From assembly GCA_030704615.1 (NCBI GenBank), contig CM060732.1, positions 60,326,001-60,390,000 on the forward strand: a stretch of DNA of 64,000 nt, written 5' to 3'. The notes under the pieces are model-generated. The model had not been told where the DNA came from. It searched no databases and saw only the letters and a list, made by a program, of their open reading frames with translations. Below, one piece after another: positions 10,714 to 23,008 of this stretch (positions are counted from its first letter, which is position 1; each line of letters opens with the position of its first letter). A program made the translations under genes and the position numbers. This stretch comes from Takakia lepidozioides. Taxonomy: Eukaryota > Plantae > Bryophyta.

Positions 10714-13700
10714 ATGGGGTCGGGCAAGCCAAAGCAAAAGCGGAACGGCCCAAAAGATGATGATCCTGGTGAGCCCAATGGGGGCGATGTGTCACCGAGG
10801 CGGCCGTTTGAGGAAGCAATGCATGTTTCCGAAAACGAGGCCGCTCAAGAGTGGGAGGAATCTGAGGAGTCGGAGCCTGAGGAATCCCTGAGAGCTCCGA
10901 CCGACCAACAGATGCCGTCCATGCCAGCAGCCTTTTGGGAAGGGTTATTGGCGCAATTTGGCGGGACGTTGAAAGACATGTTGAAGGCGGCTAATGCCAC
11001 TTCCACTAAGGCAAAGTTTAAGGTGAAGCCTAAGGAACCCGACACCTTTGAGGGTGTCCGAAATCGGAAGGCACTCAACACCTGGCTCTTGGAGCTAGAG
11101 CAGTACTTCCGGGCGGCCAAGTTGAGTGATGAGGATCGGGTGGAAGTGGCTCCCACCTATTTGAGGGGCTATGCTCAACAATGATGGCATAAACGCCTTC
11201 ATGACCGAGGTCCAAGCCCGGAAATCTTGAACTGGAGTGGGTTCAAGGAATTGATGAAGAGGCAGTTTGTGCCCCTCAACGCGTCCTGGCTCGCCCGGGA
11301 CAAGATGAGGAATTTGAAGCAAACAGATGATATTCGGGGATATGTCCAAGCTTTCAATGTGTTGTTGCTTGAAGTCGCGGACATGGCAGAACCAGAAATG
11401 GCCTTCAACTTTGTGGCAGGACTGGCCCCATGGGCCAGGCGGAAGTTGGAGGAGAAGCCACCTAAGACTTTGAACGAGGCAATTGAGAGGGCTGAATGTT
11501 TCTCGGATGTCCCTAAGGGTGAAAGACAAGGCCGTACGGAGCTGAACCACAAGAAGACCCGGCGGGAAGGTGACTCCTTCCGACCGGAAAAGAAGTGGGA
11601 TAGGCCACGCAGTGACAATGGCACGTGGAAATCGAAGGGAGGGCCTTCACAAATCAAGGCGGCACCCGGTGCTTTGAAAGGAAAAGCGGGTGGAGCGGCC
11701 TATGGCGGACAGAAGACGACCTTTGATGGAGTGTGTTTCAATTGCGGGGAGCCCGGGCACATGGCCAAGAAGTGCACGAAGCCCCGACAATTGAACATGA
11801 CTTGGGCAACCACAGAGCTGTCGGAAGATACCATCAGTCGCTTGGTGGAAGCGGTGGTCGCCAGGACTTACAAGGTATGCAAATTTTCTTGTGAGTTGTA
11901 TCAGGAAACTGGCGCCTTACGTAAAGGGAGTCAGTTATTGTTCGTGGATGGGATAATATCCGGGACTAACGTGTCGTTGTTGGTGGACACAGGAGCGTCG
12001 CATTCCTTCATGACACCGGCAACGGCACAAAAGCTGGGACACCCGACAAGTGACGTGGGGGCCTCTATTGAGGTGCATTCTGCCAAAGGAGAACCGCAAT
12101 TGGTGACAAGGTTGGCGTTTGATGTTCCTCTTCAACTGGGGAGTTGGGAGGGACGTGAGAATTTCACCATCTGTGAGATCGATGGAGTAGATCTCATTTT
12201 GGGGATGACCTTTTTGAGCAAATCCGGAGCGGTCATAGATGGCCGCAAGAGAGTAGTCACGCTGCCATGTGGGAATGGTGGCGAGGTCTTACGAGTGTCG
12301 AAAACGCCCAAACCCGTGGGAGGGCGAATAAACCTTCTGTCAGCAAGGGAGTGGGCCGTGGAGGAGGCACACGAGCCCCAGTTTTTGCTCTACATTAGAG
12401 AAGTGAAGGGAGAAGGCGATGGGGAGCCGAGCCCAAATTGGATCAAGGGGATTTTGGAGAAATACCAGGATGTGATGCCGGAAGATTTACCAAGCGGCTT
12501 GCCACCGCGAAGAGGAGTTGACCACAAGATTGAGGTGATACCGGGATCGGAACCGCCTGCCAAGGCGCCCTACCGGTTGAGCCACAGAGAGTTGGTCGAG
12601 CTGAAGACTCAACTCAAAAATCTAATGTCAAAGGGGTACATCCGGCCGAGTAAGTCACCTTACGGAGCCCCGGTGCTATTCACAGACAAGAAGGATGGGA
12701 CGCTGCGGATGTGTGTCGATTACAGGGCTTTGAATAAGGTGACTATCAAAAACCGGTACCCTTTGCCAAGGATCGACGACCTTTTCGATCGGTTGGCAGG
12801 AGCGAAGTATTTCAGCTGGATCAATCTGCGCTCCGGCTATCATCAAATTCGAGTGGCGGAAGGAGATGAGGAGAAGACCGCGTGCAGGACAAGGTATGGT
12901 TCATATGACTTCTTGGTGATGCCTTTTGGACTCACCAACGCTCCCGCGACCTTTAGCACGCTGATGAACAACCTTTTCCAGGAGTGGTTGGATGACTTTG
13001 TGATTGTGTACATCGACGACATCTTGGTGTATTCGAAAACAAAGGAGGAGCACCTGGAGCACCTTAAAAGGGTGTTCCAGAAATTGCGGGAAGGGAAGCT
13101 GTATGCCAAAGCTTCAAAGTGTGAATTCGGGGTCACAAAAGTGGAGTTCCTGGGGCATGTGATCACACAAGATGGGATCAGAATGGATGACAGGAAGTTG
13201 AGGGCAATCTTGGACTGGGAGCCTCCGTCTTCGGTCCCGGGAGTGCGATCCTTCCTAGGACTCGCCTCCTATTACCAGAAGTATGTGAGAAATTTTGCTA
13301 AGATCGCGGGGCCGCTGTCAGACCTTCTGTGTAAATCCAAAGTCTGGACATGGAACACATTTTGTGGCCAAGCTTTTGCTGAATTGAAGCAGCGGATGGC
13401 GGAAGCTCCAGTCTTGAAAATCCCGGAGTTCGATCGTCCGTTCGAGATTCATACAGATGCGTCGGACTTCGCGATTGGGGGTGTACTGATGCAAGATGGA
13501 CGTCCAGTGGCTTACGAAAGTAAGAAACTGAATGAAGTGGAGCGACGGTGGCCGACGAACGAGAAAGAGATGAAGGTGGTGGTGCACTGTCTTGAGCTTT
13601 GGCGCCACTATGTTGGTTCCAACCCAGTGAAGGTGTTCACGGACAATGTCACGGTGAAGTATTTTGCCACGCAGCCCAAGTTGTCCCCAAACAACTTAGG

Positions 13701-15269
13701 TGGCAAGATACTTTGGCGGTGTTCGACGTGGATATCCAGTACAAACCGGGACGGGACAACGTGGTGGCCGATGCTTTAAGTAGAAAACATCAGCTCTTGT
13801 TGGTGTACAGGGGCGAGACGGCGTTCCAAAGGAAGATCCGGAAGGCTTGCTGGAAGGATGAGCTGGCGAAGTCCGTGATGCAGGACTTGAGGATGGGGGT
13901 TAAATCGCAGTTCCACTTGCAAAATGGACTGCTCCGGTATAAGCAAAAGCGTCTCTACGTGCCGAAGGGAGGGATCAGAGATAGCCTCTTGAGAGAATGC
14001 CATGATAGCCCGCTTGCGGGCCACGACGGAGCCAAGCGCACTGCGGCACTCTTGAAGAAAGAGTATTTCTGGCCCAAACTGAGGGAGGAGGCAGAGGAGT
14101 ATGTCAAGACATGCACCACATGCCAACAAAACCGGAGCGAGTACAAAAAGCAAGCGGGGCTGTTACAACCCTTGCCGATTCCAGAGGGGACTTGGGAAAG
14201 CGTCTCGATGGATTTCATGACTGCTATGCCGCTGTCAAAAGGATTCGATGCAATCATGGTGATGGTGGATAGGTTCAGTAAAATGGGCCATTTCATCCCC
14301 ACCAAGGAGACGGCAACGGCGCAGGAAACAAGGCGACTTTACTTCGTCCACGTCTTAAAGCATCATGGAGTCCCGAAGGATATTGTCTCGGACCGCGATC
14401 CAAAGTTTACGAGTAAATTTTGGAGGGCACTTTGGAAGAAGATGGGGACGAGGCTGAAGATGAGCACCGCCTTCCGACCGACGGCCAAACGGAAAGAGTG
14501 ACTTCCGTAGTGAAGCAGATCTTGCGGAATTACGTGTCGGTAGACCAAACAGACTGGGTGGAACACTTAGACGCGGCAGAGTTCTGTTATAATAACACAG
14601 AACACTCCGCAATGGGAGTTTCCCCTTTCGTATTGGTCTATGGAAAAGCACCTCTGGTGCCGACAAGTTGGGCCGCCCAGGACGTTGAGAAACCGGCAGT
14701 AGCGGCGGTACTGGAAGAACGCGAGCGTTTAGTTGAAGCTCGCAAAGTACAACATTGCCAAAGCTAGGAAACGGTATGAAAGGCAGGTGAATCGGAAGCG
14801 GAGGGAAGTGAAGTTTGAGGCAGGTACGGAGGTCTGGTTGAACATCAAGAATTTTCGACTACCTCCGGAAGTGAGTCCAAAGTTCGTACCTCCATATGCG
14901 GGACCCTTTCGCATCCGGAAGGTTATGAATGAGGATGTGTATGAATTGGAGCTGCCGGCAAACAGCAAGATGCATCCAATATTCCACGTCTCCCTTTTGA
15001 AGCCTTACTTCAAATATGAAGCGCGTCCGAATCGGCATCAAGTGTTGCGTCCGCCACCTGTGCTGTTGGATCATGAAAATGAACCTGAGTATGAGGTGGA
15101 GGCAGTACTTAAGTCGAGGAGGTTCAAGAACCGAGAAACGGAGTATCTCGTCAAATGGAAGGGCTATCATCATGTGGAGGCATCTTGGGTGCGTGCCTCA
15201 GAAATGGGAAACGCATCCGAGGCGGTTGCAGTTTTCGAAGGGCGATCCCAAAAACGGAAGAAGCGTTGA
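10714..15269 (+). pseudogene. gag-pol polyprotein with C-terminal chromodomain; one stop and three frameshifts
   Basis: [28 protein letters not shown], integrase HHCC/DDE and chromodomain EYEVEAVLKSR..EYLVKWKGY..SW. TGA at 11182 (likely from TGG); frameshifts near 13690, 14480 and 14745. Confidence 0.95.
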
Positions 15270-16159
15270 TGGGGACATCAACCTTGGAGCGTGGGGGAGG
15301 AAATGCATGCTTAGCCCGGCTTAGCTAGCTTAGGAATCCGATTGCAAAAACTTGTATTGTACAAAAATTTGTTATAAAGGAAATGGGTTCCAAATGTTGT
15401 GCGTCCTATTTTGTTTGGAATGGTAATGCATGGTGTGGTTGGCTAGTGTGTAGAATGCATGCTAGCTTACAAAAGTGGGAGAGGTAAATTGGGTTAATCG
15501 TGTCGCAGTGCCGAAATTGGGTGACTCCCATCCAAGGGGCAAGGAAACTTGCGCCTTCCTTAGGAGTTGCGCACCTGGCGCCTGCGCATACTATAATTGC
15601 GCTACCGAGGGGGTTGCTTTGTAGTGCGGGCTAACGCGGAAGCTACGTGCTTCCGTTCACGTACTATAATCGTGTAGCCTCGGGACGAAGTCGTAGTGCG
15701 GCTTCGGCGTGTTCCCGTACCTCAGGCCAGCATTCCAAGGCGGACCCAATTGTAGTGATTGGGGCGCGCGGTTGGTTCAAGGTTATCTTCCTAGTCAAAG
15801 AGGGTTCGAGGTGAACCCTTGCTCAAGGTGATGCCAAAAGCGGCATCATGAGCGGTCACAAGCAATGTTGTTGCAGTAAGGCGATTCGATCCTCGGGGAG
15901 GATCGTTCCTTGGCCTTGAAGTAGGCCAAGAAGAGTGCACTGGATGAGCTTGAGAAGCTCCACCCTTGGCCGGGACTTGGAGGAAGTCGGCCGAACTAGC
16001 TAGTGGAGAGTAGAGTCAAGTGTGGGGTTTGGTTTTTTTGCCATGGGACGCCATGGTACGGAAACAAACTCCTTGACGTGGGACGCCACAACTTGGATGT
16101 TCGTTTCCACAAAATGGACAAGCCGATGAGGACATCGACTCCCTGTTGGTAGGGGTGTG

Positions 16160-16874
16160 TGTCGCGGCCCTTTGCCTTGAGGGCAGGGGGTCGGGACACA
16201 AGAGGGGCTGCCCCTGTGGTGGGGGCAGTGGCAGCGATAGGTATGGGGGGCTGAAGCACCCTTGAGTGCCCAAAGCACTCAAGGAGGCGGAGGCGCTCAC
16301 TAGGTGGAGCCCCGCACACCGGGTTGCGGTGGGGGTGGCTACACAAGGGGTGGTGGTAGCTTAGCGGGACTTAGTGGGGGTGGCATAAGACTCACCCTGG
16401 GGCGGAGACCTCGTGGTGGGAGTCGTGGGGAGTCTTGGGACTCATCACGGTCCATAGGGGCCGTGGTGGGTGGGCCAAGACTCACCGCGACTCATCACCG
16501 GGAGTCGAGGGTGTTCGTGATAAAATGGCATGATTGTTTGTGAAACCCCCGCGGATAGCTACAGAAGTATATATAGGGAGTAGTAACCCCGAGAACGGTG
16601 TAAGCCCGTTGGTGACCAAAAACTAGTGAGTAAGCAAGCGCGCCGGAAAGCGACCAAAGAGTGGGGAGCTGTTCCGGACTGCCAACTACCAAAGGGAATT
16701 TCGCTGGCCCCAAATCGTTGGAGGGTTCTTTGGGAGATCAAAGGGGGACCGTTATGCCCCGGTGAGCAGCCGGAGCTCCAAGTTGGCCCGGCGGCCAGGT
16801 TGGGAGTTAGGCGCGCGCATCAAGCGAGTAACTATGACTTGAGCGGGGAGCTTACCGAAGTGAGGTGCGCGACA
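16160..16874 (+). repeat. 3' LTR (715 bp)
   Basis: About 11 substitutions and one 10-bp indel relative to the 5' LTR by manual comparison. Confidence 0.95.
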
Positions 16875-17106
16875 GATTGGTTCAACTTTGAAACCCCATA
16901 ACTTTATGTGGATTTCATGAAATCATGCACTTCCAAATGTGTTGGGATGCCCCAGATGTGGGGCATCTTATCAATTTATCCAGGGTAAAAACGACAAAAA
17001 ATCACCGTTAGATCTTCCGCCATCTTTAGATGAACGGTCATAGGGTGTTCTACCCTACAAAGAAGAACACCCTCACAAAGCATGGGCAAATTTGACTATT
17101 ATAAAT

Positions 17107-18033
17107 GGAAGACAATAGGAATAATGTAAGAACTTAATGGACGCGTGTGATCTGACGTACTTTCGGCGGATTTCCTCCGACGGGGCCCTGTCAAATCCTC
17201 CCCACCCCCTCTTACCTCGGTTTCAATATTAAATACTTAAGAATCCAAGTGGGTTGCAAGTTGTGGTGGGTAGTGTGATGGTAATGTGATAGCATTGCAG
17301 GCGGTGAGGTTCGGGGTTTGATTCTTGATGGGGCGAAGCTCTTGTACTGTAACCCCGATCGGTGTAACCCTCTGTAACCCGGTTTCTCATGTAACTCTGG
17401 TTAGTCCATTTTAGGGTCATTTTATACTTAGTCAAATTTCGAGACCAAGTGTGAGTTACAGAGTGAAGTTACATACTTCGTCGTGTAAGAGCATCCCCAC
17501 CCTACACTGAACCCAGCATGCCAACGGAACATGAGGGTATGGTGGGCGGGAAATGTCCCCCACCCATGCACTGAATCCTATATCCCATGAAAAGCGCACA
17601 CTGAATATCGTTCTGTGCACTGAACTCGAGCGCTGTATTCTGTGCACATAATACATCCCTGAATCCAAGTCAACGTGACCAAGCGCGGCCCTGTCAGCAT
17701 CTTGGCGGAGATCTCGCCCCTTCCGGCCAATGGGAGGCGAGGTGCGCGGGGATAGCGTGGGCGATTTAGGGACAAGGGTGTGCGCGAGTCGGGCTGCCGC
17801 GCCACAGAACCCAGTAGGCACTGAATCGATGACACTATCTTTAGTGTTACATGGAGTTTTTCGGGCTCAAGGGTGGTGATGCTCTAACCCAATGTAACCC
17901 CAACTGGAGTTTACACTCCTTCAGTTCCATGTCACTCTCAAGAGAGGGTGGGAAGATTTGACATGCCGAAGGCGTACCATCTTGTTAGATCACACGCATC
18001 CATTAAGTTCTTACGTTATTCCTATTATCTTCC
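17107..18033. mobile_element. Non-autonomous Mutator-like element (MULE)
   Basis: Long imperfect TIRs (~100 bp) starting GGAAGACAATAGGAATAATGTAAGAACTTAATGG and ending CCATTAAGTTCTTACGTTATTCCTATTATCTTCC. 9-bp TSD ATTATAAAT / GTTATAAAT (8/9). Confidence 0.85.
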
Positions 18034-18932
18034 GTTATAAATGGGAAATTATAACTTTTACATATAACATAAATTGGAGCCCAAGTGAACATTGCATAGG
18101 AAAAATCGGTTTGACCATGGTATTTGCCAATTTCCACATTTTTCTTGAGTGAATGGCCTCCAGATTCGGAATGAGGAGCACATGGCAGGTGGTCTCTGAA
18201 AATTTTGGACTGAAAGACCTAAAATGTAGGGGGTGTGCTTTTGTATGTGTAATTTAATCAGCCCAACGCTCCTCAGGTGTGTAGAAATCTGGTTGGAATC
18301 CAGATTCCAATGGTCACTCTACGCAAAAGCTGCAATGCAAAGTACGCTGCCCAAAAACATTTCAAGTTCAAGTTCCAAGTTGGATGGGGATTTTTGTGAA
18401 CTTTCAGGCCATTGCCAAGTCAAGCATTTGGGTGCCGGACTGGTGCCCTCTCCGGGCCATTGTTTGGGCGGGGCACGTTATAAGTGAAAACTCTCGGTTC
18501 CATCAGGGTTCTCAGTCAAATCCTACATTTGGCCGGGAACCACCCTTGAGCAACCCGCCTATCCAACCCGCCCAACTAATGTCTCTCAACCACCTGCTCT
18601 CTTCACTTCAGCATGACAAAACGCAACCTGAACTGAGGGGGAGATCATGTACGGGGCAGTCGGACAGCCTCCATGCCCTACCAATGCAACAAACCATGTC
18701 ATGCCCCAAAACATAGCAAATCGTTCAACCAAATGAACAACCTAGTCTGTAGTGTATCCTACGATCATCCACCCCTAACCAAAACAACAAAACAAAACGT
18801 TTTCAGCCCAACAATGCATACTTGACCCCAACAGCAAACAACCAAGTGAACGAAGAGCCCAACTCATCAAATCTGGAAATCCCAGTGTTCATCTAGGGGG
18901 GGGGGGGGGGGACTATATGCACAAAGGGGCGG

Positions 18933-21903
18933 ATTATGAGGTAGCCTCCCGCCAACACACACCAAGGCATAGAAATGACTCGTTGCACTACAGACAGTAG
19001 TGATGCGTCCAACGATGGCAAACCACGCACAAACGACGAAGGGTGGAATGTAACATCTGGTGCACATTTGAAGCCCCTTGCACCAAGACAGTTGTCATTC
19101 CAACGTTGCCCAAGTGCCTGATGTAAGTGAACATGCCATGGCCAAGCAAAACTCCAAGTGAAACATAGCTCGCATGATGCAATATCTATGAATTCATCAT
19201 AGTGGTGTCAAGAATGAAAAAAAAAATCCTATGCCACCACTTGTGGATTTTGAGTTGCATACTATAAGCTCGTCGGAGCTGGTCTTGCACGTCCACACCA
19301 CGCTGGTCTGGTATTGCACATGCATTGGCTCAGACGGCACCGAGACCCCTAACATTCCCCACAAATTGCTTCACACTCATACTAGGTGAATTCGGGCTCG
19401 ATGTTGGTCAAGCAATAATGCCACCATGAACACTCCATTTTTATCCCACCAGAGAGATGCAACAAGTTGTCAGGTGTTATATTGCATTTTGAACCAATTA
19501 TCTCCTCCTTTAGTAGCCTTACTTTTCTTCAAGCATGTCGATGAAGGAGGGAGTCCCTTTCTATTCAACCTTACTGTCCCAGTGGCCCAAGTCCATTTTA
19601 AAGCCAATTCATACAACAAATGGGGAGAAGTGAAGTAATTGTCAATGATCACCGTGTGTCCCTGCCATGCAATCCAGACATTAAACGGGTTACTACATCA
19701 TAGCCCTCTCATTTACCCGACTTCTGTCTCATGCCAAGGGGACCTCCATTTTTCCAACAATACACATTGAAATCACTTACATAGCTAGTATCAGAATCGA
19801 CAAGAGCCCACACATTTTATGCCCCACTTATTCTTTGGTATATATTGGTGGATCACACAATATTTCCCTTTGTACTAGATCATGATCTCATCCACCATCC
19901 ATATTTTGCCCAAATTCTAGTGTGACCTACATTTCATAGCAACTTCGACCTCACACAGCCCTCGCACCTTCCCCAACTTGACAAATTGGTCACTGCTTCC
20001 ATCAGAGACCACTGTCTCAATGCCCATTAAATGCAAGCACCACAATAGGATTCATAGCGGTCTCGAGTCATGACTTTTCTCATGACATGATAGGAAAAAA
20101 AAACTTGGGACTGCTGCCAATAACACCGGCTGTTAGATATTTATTTGATACCCATGAACAAACAAATGTCAAACATGCTCGAGCCAAGGTTGATGGCGAC
20201 CAAAACAAAGTAAACAGAGTAAACAAACTCGGGTGTACCAGGTTACCCATAACAAGCCCAAGCACATGCCCCATTATAAATAACTCTCTATTGCTACAAA
20301 ACGTAGACTCCTTGCACTCCCACGTTTTTGAGGCAAACAAATTTGCAAAAGAAGAATCGACAAACTCCTCTACCTCCTCACTCTCATCATCTACATCATC
20401 CTATTCCATTTCCTCTGCCAAATCTCCCTCATACACACCCATGCTGGCAGTGTCCTCCTGAAGATTGAATTTTCAAAACCCCCAGCAAAATGGTGAACAA
20501 GACTACATCGCACATTCATACAAACAACATTGGTTGCATGGGTCGAGATCTCGCGCAATGGAGAGCGAACAGGGTGTGTCATGGCAATACAATGCGGACC
20601 AACATCAATAAGGGGCAGGTTTGTTTTCCGACGACAGGTGCTCGAGGAAGAGACGACTGGCATTGGCTGCCCAAGATTGATTGGTCCGAGCTAAGTCTCT
20701 CAATTGCTTGAGAGTCGGCATCGGGGCAGATCTCTTCCCTCACAACCAAATTCAGTTCGGCAGAAAACCCCTCTGGATCCCCCTCTTCCCTCATCTCTTT
20801 CCAACCCAAGATTAGACCAACTTGTCTCCTAAATAGAAAACAAAATTATGCGCTGTATGACACTTAGGCCAACGTTGCGCGCGAGGAGGCGTCGGCAAAC
20901 TCAGCAAGTACTCTACACTCCAACAACAAAGAATATCTCTCAATTGACGCTCTGTGCAGTGTTGTCGTTCCGAGATTGTAATGATACCCACCACGTGAAT
21001 ATGTTGCAACAGAGGAGGTGGTGGCTCAAGTGCTTCAATCACCATGCACTTGGGAGCCATGAGCACATGTGCCCAAACCTATGCAACCCAGATCTTTTGA
21101 AGGAATGTGCATGGGGCTAATACACCTTTGAAATACACCGTCGGCTCATTATATGCAATGGACTGTACAAAAGATGCAACACTGTAGGGTTATTGGAGAC
21201 AGCCAACAGTGACACATTAGCAGTATTCACCCTAACACCACAAGAAACATAAAGCAAACCATGAAAGCAGGGATGAGACAAAATGCAAAGTGGTTGCGAA
21301 TATTGCTACTGCAGCTGCAAACTGACGCTTCCCTGGGCTAAACCGGGTTACAAACAGAGCATGTGATTGCGCCAGGGGAATCGCCGTCCATGCACAACGT
21401 GTAAACGCCATCACAACATCCCTAATGTGTGTCAGGCAAAGCTCAAAGTCGAGCTGCAGGGGAGTGCATGAAAGAGAAGGAGGCTATGCCATTTGTGCGT
21501 GAAGTCTCTCGTCACTCGCCACCCTGCACTGCCACCCTCGCTTGGGCGGGTGGCTTTCCAACATAATGGCGGGCAGGCGTGCAGGGCAAACACCCACACC
21601 CACAGTTGGCCACTGCACCAGTGCCCGTTGCACAGGCGCTTTCGACCTGCCATGTGGGCGGTCAAAGTGCGTTGATACCTCCAGAACCACAAATTTCCTA
21701 GACCCCCACACACTTCAAAATTCCAGCATAGAATGGATTTGGTGTTTTAATGTGCCGTTTGCTGGAGTTTACTGGAGTGTGTAGAGTACAACGAGAGGTA
21801 GGTTTTTAATTTAGACATGACTTTCATCCAACTTCATCCACTGAAGTTACGCCATGGATGAAAATGGATGCGACCCGTTTTAGGTCGCGTTGTCCTTCAA
21901 GGA
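18933..21903 (-). mobile_element. piggyBac-family transposon remnant with transposase pseudogene (~18933-20460, possibly extending to ~21070)
   Basis: Minus-strand motifs in order: acidic N-terminus, MTRDRY, VDEIMI*YKGKY, IDNYFTSPHLL..ATGTVRLNRKGLP, GVDVQDQLRRAYS..KWWHRIFF.ILDTT..NS, Cys-rich CVVC..C..C..LC..C. Candidate end TTAA|TCCTTGAAGGAC (minus) at 21903 with a GCGACC/GGTCGC hairpin; the other end was not found. Confidence 0.85.
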
Positions 21904-21960
21904 TTAATCAAATTCTAAAATTCTGACCATATATATTGATCAACTCCTAAGCGTTCAAAC

Positions 21961-23008
21961 CAGTGTTGTGCGGGTACCCGCTTAGGCGGGTTGGAACCGG
22001 CGATTCCGGTTCCGGTTCCTCGGAACCAGTACTGGAACCGGAACCGGAACCCGAACCGGGGGAGCAGACGAGCCGGTTCTAGAACCGGACCCGGCAGGTA
22101 TGGGTTTTTCTAGGAACCGGCTGGGAACTGGAACCGGGGGGTCAATGGCGGTTCCGGATCCGGTTTCCGCACCAGGGTTTTTTTTTGTTTTTTTTTTCTC
22201 GTGATCTGTCGTCTCTCACCTCCAATCTGTGCGATTTGCTGCAGTAGCGCGACTTCAGTGCGGGAGAGGGAGCAGCGCATAGCAGCGCGGGGAGGAAGGA
22301 GCAATGCACCTCAGCGCGGGGGAGAGGGATCAGTGCGTGGGGCAGCGCATGAGGGAGGGAGCACCGTTTTTTTTTTTTTTTGGTTGGTTTTCCTGGTTCT
22401 GTAGTCTCGCACCTCCCACCTGGGCGATGTGCTGCAGCAGTGCGAGCATCGGCACGGGGGAGGGAGCAGTGAAAGGAAGTAGCAGCATCTAAGGCAGCAG
22501 TTTTTTTTTTTTTTTTTTTTCACACGTTCTCACGTCTGTTTTTGAATAGTGAGGAAGTCCACTTAGATGACAACGAGGAGTTGATTGCAGAGGCCGAGTT
22601 GTTTGAGATAAAATGATTTCTTTGTGTCATTAATTTATACTCGCTTACATTGCATTATTATTATTTCATAAATTTGTATATGAATGTTGTGTTGTTTCTT
22701 TTCAACATGGTCAAAAGATTTGATATAACTAATGGGGATTCACAAATCATTTTCAGATTTATAAAAAACGATAATTTTTTTAATATATATTTTTAAATTC
22801 GAAAAATAGAGAACCGGAACCGGAAACTGGAACCGGCGGTTCCTTCCCAAAAAATACCCGGAACCGGAACCGGAATCTGCTCATGAATTTTGGAACCGGA
22901 ACCGGAACCGCTTCATAAAAAAGAACCGGATCCGGAACCGTCTCTTTAAATATACCAAGGAACCGGAACCGGAGGTTCCTTCAATATGGCAAGAACCGCA
23001 CAACACTT
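21961..23008. mobile_element. Non-autonomous hAT element with GGAACC subterminal repeats
   Basis: TIR CAGTGTTGTGCGG / CCGCACAACACTT, 8-bp TSD GTTCAAAC / GTCCAAAC (7/8), and dense GGAACC/GGTTCC arrays at both ends. Confidence 0.88.

Larger units (their letters stand above)
9934..16874 (+). mobile_element. Full-length Ty3/gypsy chromovirus, Galadriel-like, young but mutated
   Basis: Two LTRs with TGTCGCG...CGCGACA termini, 5-bp TSD GATTG (9929-9933 and 16875-16879), tRNA-iMet PBS, and gag-PR-RT-RH-IN-chromodomain. Gag KPKEPDTFEGVRN..LEQYF and F.F..GL.PWA resemble the Galadriel clade (recalled, not searched). Confidence 0.95.
9741..17055. mobile_element. ~370-bp TA-flanked MITE split by the chromovirus insertion (arms 9741-9933 and 16875-17055)
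   Basis: TIR GGGTAAAACACCCTATGACCGTT (9741-9763) matches AACGGTCATAGGGTGTTCTACCC (17033-17055) at 22/23. TA flanks both sides, compatible with Tc1/mariner-type TSD. Confidence 0.8.

Noticed and set aside
21990-22990. GGAACC arrays as a CRISPR-like array or satellite
   Set aside because: They are subterminal repeats inside hAT TIRs with an 8-bp TSD; no repeat-spacer periodicity.
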